DNA of 64,000 bases from Octopus vulgaris (lineage: Eukaryota). Positions 14,708 to 27,276 of the stretch are shown piece after piece (position 1 is the stretch's first letter; every line of letters begins with the position of its first letter). The notes under the pieces were generated by a model. That model searched no databases. It was not told the DNA's origin and saw only the letters and a program-made list of their open reading frames with translations. The stretch is taken from contig OX597824.1 in assembly GCA_951406725.2 (NCBI GenBank), positions 38,316,001 to 38,380,000 of the forward strand, given 5' to 3'. A program made the translations under genes and the position numbers.

Positions 14708-15222
14708 GATTTACAGGATCATGCTCAAAGTGATTTCGCCACTCTTTCCCTTCGATAGTTGTGGCTGGTATGCATGTACGACTGCTGGTCTTCCATAAAT
14801 AACTTTGCCCGGACTTGTGCCTCAGAGGCAAACTGTCTAGGTGCATTCCCATGGTCATTCACGACCGATGGTAGAACTTTTATGTATTCATTCATATGTA
14901 TTATATATGCACACACACATATGCATATATATGCACATCTATCTACCTATCTATCGTAGGAGCTGTTTATTATAATCATTTCAGGACGGAGCCTTTTCGA
15001 TAACATCATAGGTTGATAACATTACCCGAGTTATTAGAAGTTTAAAAGTTGTTTACGCAATAAATACATGCGTTCATACACACACAAATGCAAACATATA
15101 TTTATATATTTTTATAAACATATATTTATATTTATAAATTTACACACAGAGACATACACGTAAACTATATATGTAAATATATTCGTGTGTGTGTACGTAC
15201 ACACACACACACATATAGATAG

Positions 15223-15253
<31 letters not shown>

Positions 15254-15775
15254 TGTATGTATGTATGTATGTATGTATGTATGTATGTTTGTATGTATGC
15301 ATGTATGTATGTATGTACGTATGTATGTACGTATGTATGTATGTAGGCGTTACATAGAGTGGGCGCTTGAGAGGAAGTGCTAAAAATATGAGAAAATTGG
15401 ACGTGCATGTGAGACACGAGGATGAAAATGTGCAACAGTTTCAATGTCAGTTGGAAGTCCTTGTCCTGTCTCTAGATCTACAATGCCTGGTTAGAAATAG
15501 CATCGCGTTGACATGCAGAAGGCCAAAGGAAGAAGCAGAGAACGTTTCGCTATACATGTGGCAGAAGTATGTGAAAGCATGAGGAAAGCTGAGAAGTGAG
15601 TATATATCCTCAGCGGACATAGCTGTGTGGCTAAGAAGCACATTTTGTAGTCGCTTGTTTTTGAGTTCTGTCCCACTTCGTGGCATCTTGTGCCAGTGTT
15701 TTCTACTATGCAGCTAGGTAGACTAATGTCTTATGAATGAATGAGGTAGACAAAAAGTCGGTGGAAGTCCGTCAA

Positions 15776-15858
<83 letters not shown>

Positions 15859-16797
15859 CATCCATCCATCCATGCAGTTAAATATTTCATTAGACTTTTT
15901 CGTTTTGAGCTCAAATACAGGCCAAATCGAAAGCGTTTTTTATTCTTCCGAGATCAATAAAATACAAGTACTAAGACCGATTGAGCCGACTGTTTCTTTA
16001 GCAAAATTTGTGCTTTGTCTCAACATTTAAAATTCATTATCATAAAATTACTTAAGGGGGCGAGCTGGCAGAATCGTTAGCACGCCGACCGAAATGCTTA
16101 GCGGTATTTCGTCTGCCGTTACGTTCTGAGTTCAAATTCCGCCGAGGTCGACTTTGCCTTTCATTCTTTCAGGGTCGATAAATTAAGTACCAGTTACGCA
16201 CTGGGATCGATGTAATCGACTTAATCTGTTTGTCTGTCCTTATTTGTCCCCTCTGTGTTAAGCCCCTTGTGGGTAGTAAAGAAATAGGTATTTCGTCTGC
16301 CACTACGTTCTGAGTTCAAATTCCGCCAAGGTCAACTTTGCCTTTCATCCTTTCAGGGTCGATGAAATAAGTACCAGTTACGCACTGGGATCGATATAAT
16401 CGACTAGCCCCCTTCGCCCAAAATTTTCGAGACCTTGTGCCTAGAGTAGAAGTAATTATTATAATGTTACTTATAAAGTATTGTTACCTATCTGTAGTAG
16501 TTCATTCAAAAGAATGCTAGTGAAAACGTAAAGAAAATCATTTGACATTTCCATAGGTAGCTACGACGGTGCAGATGTGTAAGGTTCATTTTTCCTGATA
16601 AAATTCTTGTAGGTAAGCGATAATATTTACGTGACCTGTATAGAGAAGACTGTCTAATGATCTTTTAGATAATGAGCCAATACAATCAGGAAATAAATCA
16701 TAACCACCTTAATCGCGTTTAATATGAAAATAACAACAGAAAAAAATTCCGAAACACTAAATTTCTGGATAGCGATAAGCCTAGCTTCAGATTTTTA

Positions 16798-17223
16798 GGA
16801 TCTTTTCGGTTTGAACGGCGGTTTTTAACATAATTTCTAGGTAACTAAAAAATTTTAAACTTCGTATATTGGTAGAATGTGTTTGTAAAACATCTTTTTC
16901 TCTTGGCTTTATTGAGAAAATTCTATAGTTTGTAAGATATTTGTTGTTTTTTTCTTCAGTTTCTGCAATTTCAATCAACCAGTGACGTCTATTGAGTTAA
17001 AAAGCATTATGTGCAGTATGATTATGTCCCTCGTTTAAGAAACAGATTGGGTTTATTTACATTTGTGAAGTAAAAAGATACTCTTTCCCCACCCCTAACC
17101 TTAACCCTAACCCTAACCCTAAAACAGATTGAAATGCAATAGATCGATACTAGTATCATAATTATGGGTGACAATTTCGTATGATACCGCTAGAAAAAAC
17201 TGCCGTTCAAACCGAAAAGATCC
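16798..17223. mobile_element. MITE with GG-terminal TIRs, 8-bp TSD and internal (CCCTAA)n
   Basis: TIR GGATCTTTTCGGTTTGAACGGC. TSD GATTTTTA on both sides. Confidence 0.9.
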
Positions 17224-17879
17224 GATTTTTAAGAACCGTATATAAATTCTAAGAAATAACTTAGATATCCATTTCATGGATAGTTGAAACTTGAGGAGTT
17301 ATCAACTACCCAAATTTCAAATATTCATTAAATGTTATTTTGCAACAAGCCATTGCAATAATCAAACATATAGGCAGCACCTTTTTCTGATGAAGCCACA
17401 GGTCCATGAACAAGTGTAATCAGACACACTTCTGTAGCCACTTCAGAATCAATATATAAAACTATTGTGATTTGATTGAAGTATTACAATGCAAATAGAT
17501 AGATTAAAAGTTTGAAGAAGAAAATAATAAACCCTTAAGCAATGCAGGCAAGAGATTGGCCTGAATTTACAAGGCAAAGACGTTGTTTAATAACCCTAAA
17601 ACATTTCGGGAAAGATTCTCTTTTGAAACAGAAGAAAGAAGATAATCAAAGAGTTCGGAGAAATGTGCAACCAGCAGAGCAGTCTAGTGAGTTTTGACGT
17701 CACAAAAAGCTCGGATGGTCTGCCGATAACACATCTCTCTGAATTCTGAATTCTTTGATTACGAATCTTCTCTGAAATATTATGAGATCATTAAACGATC
17801 TATGTAAGGTAATACATTATTTTCTCTATTTTCATTTATTGCCATTACCTTACATATTTTACCTGGTTTTTGCAAACAT

Positions 17880-18530
17880 TTATATCATTTATAATCGAAT
17901 ACAATTAACCCATTACGGAAAACCCCCCCGCAAAAATCCTCTGTACTAGGGAAACGGATGCAGTCCGGTATATCCACCATGTGGCAATGAAATCATAACT
18001 GGCATTATGAAACAGCTCTTTTTATTCAATAAAAACTCGCCCAAAGATAATATATTTTCTAAATTATTCGACAAAAATTATATAAAATCCGGTAATTCTA
18101 AAAACGCTCCAACAAAAAAATATTGGAATCTTTCAACATAATAAGTCAAAAGATATGTAATTTTAATTGCAGAGGCATTGAGACATGTTCTTTGGATTAT
18201 TAGTACATGAAAATATCTAAAAGTGAAAGTACTATTTCTTACACCGGCCTTACAAAAATCTCATTTAAAAATAGATCATAACAACATTTACACTCTTTAA
18301 AACACCATACAAAGTACTACATAGGTCTCGATGCACATCTGGGAAAATTATATATGCCTCAGCCAAAATCAAATGAACAGGGCACCCTCATTCAGTAATG
18401 CTTCAAAACAGCCCAAATATAGTCTACTCCAGGCCCTCAAAGAAAATAACAAAAGGACTGGTTCGTGTTTCAAGTGGTAGGTACAATATCATATTTTTGC
18501 TATCACTTCATTCTTTCTTAATCAATAAAA
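17880..18530 (+). mobile_element. Highly degenerate Penelope-like linker/GIY-YIG remnant
   Basis: NKNSPKDNIFSKLFDKNYIKSG, NCRGIETCSL and YIGL resemble the PLE RT-EN linker and GIY-YIG. Confidence 0.5.
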
Positions 18531-18992
18531 TAGTAACAAAACCAAGGCAGCGAATTGGCTGAATTCTTAGAGTGTCAAACTGTATTTGCTCTGGCTCTTG
18601 CAGTTCTGAGAGCAACGCTTGCGGCAACAGTAGTTCTGAGCATTATTTCTTGCTTTTCCCTTTCGCTTGGACCATATCGGTGGTGAGAAAAAAAGGGGAG
18701 ACTCAAATGAAATTTTGCTCAGGCATACGTACACAGATGCGGACATGTGAATATCCCTGACCAACAAATGCCTTACGCACACGCACACACACACATACAC
18801 TTACGCACACACACACATACACACGCACTCACACGCACACACACCACATACACATACATTCACACATGTACGTATACGTACACACAGAGAAACATATACG
18901 TGTACACACACACACATGTATACTCTTAGGGAGAGGCATTACATGCATACATCTATATTATAAATATATGTGTGCGTGCGTGCGTATGTATG

Positions 18993-19070
<78 letters not shown>

Positions 19071-19105
19071 CATATACATGCATACATATATATATATATA
19101 TACAC

Positions 19106-19138
<33 letters not shown>

Positions 19139-19426
19139 GTATAAAGGATCGCGAGTAAGGCCAGAACAATGCAAAGTAAACGCAAGGCAAATCACACACA
19201 AACACACATCGGCAACATATGTTGATTTCTTGAAAATGGGGTCACAACCCCAAAATATTGAATGCAAGGTAAGTCGACATTAATTCATATATTCGTTTTC
19301 TTGTGATTTCCCTTGCATTTACTTCGCATAGTTCTGGCCTTACCCACAATCTTTTATACAAAATATTCTACACAATGCTTCATAGTAATTATTCCATTAT
19401 AATATATATAATTATGTATATGTATA

Positions 19427-19469
<43 letters not shown>

Positions 19470-19865
19470 TCTTTTTACTCTTTACTCTTTTACTGGTTTC
19501 AGTCATTTGACTGTGGCCATGCTGCAGCACCACCTTTAGTCGAGCAAATCAACCCCAGGACTTATTCTTCGGAAGCCTAGTACTTATTCTATCGGACTCT
19601 TTTGCCGAACCGCTAAGTTACGGGGACGTAAACAAACCAGCATCGGTTGTCAACCGATGTTGGGAGGACAAACACATACACACATACATATATATGCATA
19701 TATACGACGGGCTTCTTTCAGTTTCCGTCTACCAAATCCACTCACAAGGCTCTGGTCGACTCGAGGCTATAGTAGAAGACGCTTGCCCAAGGTACCACGT
19801 AGTGGGACTGAACCCTGAACCATGTGATCGGTAAGCAAGCTACTTACGACACAGCCACTTCTACG

Positions 19866-19902
<37 letters not shown>

Positions 19903-19904
<2 letters not shown>

Positions 19905-20150
19905 TTGGTGCTTATTATGGCGGTTTTTTCCAACAAATTTTTATTCAACAAAAACAATAACAATATTTAACAAAAACATCTTTAAATGATGCTCTGACCG
20001 TCTGCCAAGAAAATGGGATGCGGTAATTGAAGTAGATCGTGAATATGCTTCGGAATAATCATTTAAATATGTTTTTGTTACATTTTGTTATTGTTTTTGT
20101 TGAATAGAATTTGTTGAAAAAAACCCGCAATAATTATGCACCAGCCCAAT
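19903..20150. mobile_element. mariner-type MITE with long imperfect inverted arms, in (TA)n
   Basis: GGTTGGTGC..ATTA...TAATTATGCACCAGCCCAATA ends (mariner TIR type), with ~85-bp imperfect inverted arms. Confidence 0.7.
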
Positions 20151-20274
20151 ATATATATATATATATATATATAGTTAATCCAAACAAGAAAGCACAAAAA
20201 AAAAACACAACAACGCGAGGACGTGGAACAAATATAGTATTATTGGACGCTCAGGAAAGAAGGAAAGAAGAAGG

Positions 20275-20310
20275 GTTTAACGTTTCGAGCAGAGCTCTTC
20301 GTCGGAAACA
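20275..20310 (-). ncRNA. Minimal hammerhead-like motif (copy 2)
   Basis: Same as 9395-9430. The only difference lies in loop II (tct vs tcc). Confidence 0.6.
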
Positions 20311-20413
20311 TAGAAGGAAAGATCCAGAGAAGGGAAGACAGAGGGAAAAAAATCACCAACGGTACACACGTGGTCACATTTTGAATATATATATATATAT
20401 ATATATAATATAT

Positions 20414-20463
<50 letters not shown>

Positions 20464-20591
20464 TGGAGCACCACTGTGTGTGGTCCTATGTATATATATA
20501 GGGATATATAAGGAGAGAGATTTTTCTGTATATATATTTATGCGCATACATATGTATGCGTGTATATACATCGCTATATATATATATTTTT

Positions 20592-20641
<50 letters not shown>

Positions 20642-21539
20642 CCATATAACTATGTATGTATGTATGTATGTATGTATGTATGTATGTATGTATGTATGTA
20701 TGTATGTACGCATGTATGTATGTATGTGTCTGTCTGTCTGTCTATCTAAACACACACATATATATATATATAAAATATATCTATATATAAATTATATACA
20801 TACGCACAAACGTGTAAGCTATATTTAAATATATGCTTTCTCATGTTTACACACATGCGTATATACTTCTAATATATGTATATATATATATATATACACA
20901 TACCCACACACATATATATACGTGCATATATGCGCGTGCTTGTGTCTTTATCCGTATAGATAGATAAATAGATACATAGATTTGTACATACATACGAACA
21001 TACATACATTCATACACGCATGCATACATATGTGTGTGTGTGTGTTTTGGTGTGTGTATGTGTGTGTAAACATCAATATCTACCTACATGCATACACACA
21101 ATCACACATACATACATACATACATACTACATACACAGCAACGGAAGAAAGAAATGCGCAATTAGATAACACATACTTATAAAATAGTATTTTCGTTTCT
21201 TAGAAATAGAGAAAAAAATGTTGTAGGCATCGTTATTTGTTATGATCAAAATCAGAACCGGATATATGACCATTGTAACCTTTACGTGGGCGGATGTTAA
21301 AGCAGAAGCGATGCGGTTTAAATCACTCGAGTCTTTACTCCCTTCTCCAGTTATGGGAAGGAAAAACATTTGCATATAACCATATCTCTCCATATGTATA
21401 TATATAAGAACTTCATTCAATCTCGTCACATCTGACGAACGAGGTTGACAGCAGCGGTTCATACATTTAATTTAAGCTGTTTGTAAATTTATTCCAAGAC
21501 TTCACTTAACATCTATTTTTCTTCACCGCGGCTCTCAAT

Positions 21540-21562
21540 ATATATATATATATATATAAAAG
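21540..21562 (+). promoter_or_regulatory. Candidate TATA box (TATAAAAG at the end of a (TA)n run) upstream of TIMP
   Basis: (TA)n-TATAAAAG about 55 nt before the ATG. The flanking upstream sequence is conserved in the paralogue at ~55437-55650. Confidence 0.45.
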
Positions 21563-21615
21563 TTTGAATTTTCAACACCCGCTTTTTACAAGGAGAACAA
21601 CAACCACAGCAAGAA

Positions 21616-21760
21616 ATGACAGTCAAATTATCTCCTTCAGTCCTTTGGCGGCATTTGCTATTTACCACTATCATCTTTTCTGAACTTTTCCTGGCGTCAG
21701 TGTTCGCTTGCAGCTGTATGCTTTCTCATCCACAATCGCTGTACTGTCAGTCGGAATACG
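21616..21760 (+). CDS. TIMP: TIMP-family gene, exon 1 (signal peptide + mature N-terminus CSCMLSHPQSLYCQSEY)
   Basis: ATG, hydrophobic leader ending VFA, then C-x-C...HPQ...C-x-S (TIMP hallmark, cf. CTC..HPQ.AFCNSD). Ends in phase 1 at a G|GTAAG donor. Confidence 0.93.
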
Positions 21761-21889
21761 GTAAGAAACTAACATATGTTATTATTGACAACTTCATGTA
21801 TCGGTTGCTACCACTAATTGTGGTGTTATTTCTATGACTATCACCAATATTAACACACAAACACCAACACTACGATATTATTATTATCA

Positions 21890-21997
<108 letters not shown>

Positions 21998-22019
21998 TGG
22001 AAGTGTTATCATGTACATT

Positions 22020-22495
22020 GTTTTGTCTTGGTATAAAAGATGGGCTACAGCAAATATTCTGCTCACTACCACAGATTTGCTTGTCAGTTGAGCATGTCCC
22101 TTAGTGGCTGATGATATGTGCATCTCTGATCACGAGCAGAAGTAGTGAGGGAGCATCATAGCCATGTGTTGAGAGGGATTCTTTGGGGTTTGGATAATTC
22201 ACCTCTGGAAACATGGGTGTTTCGTTCAACATCCTTAAACAACACTTATTCAGGGACCTTTTAAGCGGGATGGGTTACTCGAGCAGAAGAAAATTCTAAC
22301 TGGGTCCCACCTGCAAGGTCATGTTCTGTTTACCTTGATATGAGATCACCAACATCGCGCACATATGGTTGTGATGCATGTGCCTAGTGTACTCGTATCA
22401 GACGGGTAGTCATGATGGGTATACTGGGCTCCGTATATTTTACCCCAGTGTCACTTAAATGGCATGCACTGCTCTCTCACTCAATATTAATAATA
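22020..22495. mobile_element. Non-coding interspersed repeat associated with (TAA)n
   Basis: Homologous pieces in the opposite orientation at ~23060-23310, 23940-23995 and 58290-58495, mostly beside TAA-type tracts. Confidence 0.7.
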
Positions 22496-23312
22496 ATAAT
22501 GTTTTCATTTATTTGCTACAAGATGAGGGGACAATAGTGATAATAATAATGATCATAAAAAAAATAACGATGATGATGATAAATTATTCTGTTGAAGACG
22601 ACGTACGAGGGTTCAGCTTTTGCCGAACGACCTGCACAAATGATTTGTTTGTAGTGATCAAATGTTCATACCACACATTAGCTCACTCTCTCGCCATCAA
22701 ATCGGCGTTGTCTGAATAGGTGCACGCATCAGGTGTTGAAGTGATCGCAGAGCAACGTGAGATGAAGTATTTTGCTCAAGAACACAACGCATCACCCGGT
22801 CCAGGAATTGAAACCATAATCTCGCGATCGTCAGTGCAACACCCTAACCACTAAGCCAAGCGCCCTCACAATAATAATAAGTGCTTAGCCAATCTTGATT
22901 GAGAAAAACGTATGACGAAAGATATTCCATCTATGACCATCCCGTGATTTTCTAAACCTTGACCTATATTGCCGAGTACTCGAATCACTGTAATCGACAA
23001 ATCCCCTCCCACCCTTAAAAAATGCTGGCCTGGTTCCAAAATTTGAAACCCTTAGCAGCACATGCCATCAAAGTGTCACTGGGGTATAAATGTATGCAGC
23101 CCAATATACCCATCATGACTATCCGTCTTATAAGGGTACACCAGACATATACATCACAACCATATGTGCGCGACATGGTGATCTCATATCAAGATAAACA
23201 CTGCATCACGTTGCAGGTGGGCCCTAGTTAGAATTCTCTTCAGGTTGAGTAGCCCATCCTACTCAAAAGATTCCTGAATAAGGTTTATTTAAGGTTGATG
23301 AAGGAAACACCG

Positions 23313-23462
<150 letters not shown>

Positions 23463-24175
23463 TTATTATTAAGGCGGCGAACTGGCAGAATCATTAGCGC
23501 GCTGGACGAAATGCTTAGTGGTATTTCGCCCGCTACGTTCTGAGTTCAAATACCGCTGAGATCGACTTTGCCTTTCATGCTTTCGGGTCGATGAAATAAG
23601 TGACAGTTACACACTGATGTCGATGTGATCGACTTACCCAACTGCCCCAAAATTTCAGGCTTTGTGCCTATAGTAGAAAGGATTACTGGTAGAAACGCTA
23701 GCACGCCGGGCGAAATACTTAGCGGTATTTCGTCTGTCTTTACGTTCTGAGTTCAAATTCCGCCGAAGTCGACTTTGCCTTTCATCCTTTCAGGGTCGAC
23801 AAATTAAGTACTAGTTACGTCCTGGGGTCGATTTAGTCTACTGCCCCCCTTCCCCAAAATTTCGGGCTTTGTGCTTTGAGTAGAAAAGATTATTATTATT
23901 GTTGTTGTTGTTGTTGTTGTTGTTGTTATTATTATTATTACTGAGTGAGAGAGCAGTGCATGCCATCAAAGTGACACTGGGGTAAAATATACGAAAATTC
24001 GTCTCTACCCACGAAATTGCTGACATCCTGCCAAAATTTGAAATCGTCGAACTACTTGTAGTTAGATGACTTATAATCGTGCTGAATCATTAGTGTGTTA
24101 ATGAGCCACATCTGAATATGACCTCAAAAAGCTGTTATATATATTCCACAAGGCAAAGTTCCTACATAGTTTAGA

Positions 24176-24443
24176 GCAGCGGTTCTCAATCTGGGTCCAA
24201 ATGATCCATGGTGGGATGGGATCCTTTCAAGATTTTCTTGTTAAAAATGTATGTGCAGTAAACTGGTTATGGTTCTACAATACACAAAATAATGTAATTT
24301 TTTTGTACAATTCCTAATAATTTTTACTTATAAAAATACATTAAAATGTTTTATATATAAATAGCGAATGGCAATGGAGGTCCAGCGGAGTAAAATAGGA
24401 ATCAAAAGGGTCTATAGGTAAAAAAATTGTTGAGAAACCTTGG
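24176..24443. mobile_element. hAT/Charlie-like MITE remnant
   Basis: CAGCGGTTCTCAA ... TTGAGAAACCTTG ends. Confidence 0.55.
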
Positions 24444-25317
24444 TTTCGTGCTATGCTATTTAATGTGCCATTGGAGAGAAATATGGCGGCTATATTAAGA
24501 GGTCGGATCCACCTTATAGCATTAAGTTGATGAAGTTAAATAGCTTACCCACGAAGTTTGCGCAGCGCATGTGACGGACGGAACTGTTCAGTCTGTCAGC
24601 TATCTGGCACCAACCGATTATCCTATTTGGCTACGATTCCTGATATAACAGGAATTCAGTTTTCTTGGAAATAATTGGTATGTTACTTCCTTCTGAGGAA
24701 AGAAAATGCTCCATATTCAACGACCCGGTATCCTGATAGAAAATAAATATTTGTCTCCTGAAATTTAACCCTAACTTTACATATGAACCGTCCAGTTTAT
24801 TTGTATTCATCTCCATTTTCGAAGAAGGGGTCCCCAAAAGGATGAAAAGCAAAGTAGACTTCGGCGGAATTTCAAATCAGAACGTGAAGGAACCAGATGA
24901 AATGTTGCTAAGCATTTTGTCTGAAGTGCTAGCAATTCTGTCAACTCGCCGACAGAGATCAATGAAATTGTTCCTCGGTTTCTTACTATGATTATTTGGA
25001 GAAGGAATCTCTTGAGTTAATGATTGCCAAGCCTTCTACTGCCAATCTAATACCTTGACTTGATATATTTCGTGCTTTCAACCCCTAATTCTCTGTAAAA
25101 TTAAAGAACACTACACACACACACACGCACACATGTATGTATGTATACACACGCGCATGAACACATATGTACATATATACATGCATATGTTTATATACAT
25201 ATATACATAAATGATAATACATATATATATGAAAATATACTGTATATATATATATATATATATATGTATGCATCTGTCTATGTATATATGAATATACATG
25301 AATGTATATATATGTAT

Positions 25318-25374
<57 letters not shown>

Positions 25375-25479
25375 ATATATACATATATTTATTACTGGTG
25401 AAGGCCTGATAGACTGATTTGCTTCTTAGAGTGTGCCTCTCCGTTTTTATGCTTTTCTATAAACAACGATATATATCTA

Positions 25480-25586
<107 letters not shown>

Positions 25587-26957
25587 ATATATATAATTTA
25601 AAAATAGGATGAAATCTTTATAAGACTTTATCAAGTAGTTAGCGTGAAAACATCATAAGGGAAAAATGTATATATTTATTTATATTTAGGGCATTACTAT
25701 ACATAAATGCCTCACGCTAGGAGGGACTCGTAAAGTAAAAAACTACCATAATAAACACGTACCGAACGCGAGGGAATGCAACTCTCGAAGCGAGCCTTTC
25801 AAAAACAGATTCAGCTACAGATCATATGATTTCCTAATTTGTGCACATAATGCACTTTTTAATCTTCAGTGCAAGCATAATCAAGGCATACAAAAATGAA
25901 AAAAAAAAAAATGAACATACCAGACGAACGCCACATGTATCCAGCATAGTACGTAGAATTATTCACACTTATATATCTATATAAGAGGCGGGCTATTCGA
26001 ATTGCATCTCGGTACACGTGTTTATTCAGAATAAAATTTAGCACTGAATACATTCCGGTTAAAATTACAATTTAAAAATAGGATAAAATCTTTATAAGAA
26101 TTTATCAAGTAGTTAGCGTGAAAAACCTCATAAGGGAAAAATCTGTTGACTTTAAGAGTCTCTCCTAGCGTGAGGCGAATATATTTCCCCCCCTTCTGGT
26201 AGTGTTGACAAGTTTTAATTTAGTGCTGTTTCAAAATCGTTAATCAAAACAGACCGGAACCTGATGTGTTATGTGAACAGATAACATGAAACTGGGTTGT
26301 TCTGATAAGCAGATTGGTACAGAATGAGAGAGGCTAGCAACAGGACACATTCACACACACACACAAGTGCACACACACATTTACAAAAAATGAAGTGTGA
26401 AGTGTGGCTTCAGAACAGGACTACTTTAAAGAACAATAAATACCGAATTTATATTTGTTGTAGCTTACTATTTATAGTGCCAGTCCGGATATGTTTTGAT
26501 TAAATCTCGTATATATATATATATATATATATATTCTTTTACTTGTTTCAGTCATTTGACTGCGGCCATGCTGGAGCACCACCTTTAGTCGAACAACTCG
26601 ACCCCAGAACTAATTCTTTGTAAGCCTAGTACTTATTCTATCGGTCTATCGGTCACTTTTGCCGAATCGTTAAGTTACAGGGACGTAAACACCAGCATCG
26701 GTTGTCCAGCGATGCTGGGGGACAAACCAAGACACACACACAAATACATAAATACATACATACATATAAACGATGGGGTACTTTCCCTTTCCGTCTACCA
26801 AATCCACTCACAAGGCTTAGGTCACCCGAGGCTATAGAAGACACTTGCCCAAGGTTCCACACAGCGAGACTGAACCCGGAAGTGTGAAGTGTCGTATCCG
26901 AACAGGACTACCTTGGAAGCAAGCTCCTTGCCACACAGCCACGCCTGACCTCTCTCT

Positions 26958-27046
<89 letters not shown>

Positions 27047-27276
27047 TACATACACATAAACACATGTATATTTATATATATATATATATGTTTATGTATA
27101 GAGGCGTAGGAGTGGCTGTGTGGTAAAAAACTTGCTTGCCACATGGTTCCGGGTTCAGTCCCACTGCGTGACACCTTGGGCAAGTGTCTTCTACTATAGC
27201 CTCTGGCCGATCAAAGCCTTGTGAGTGGATTTGGTAGACCGAAACTGAAAGAAGCCCGACGTATATATATATATAT

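Noticed and set aside
21430-21450. CTGACGAACGAGG (and CCGATGAACGAGG at ~55474) as hammerhead cores
   Set aside because: No matching GAAA or stem III. They are homologous blocks of the duplicated TIMP promoters.
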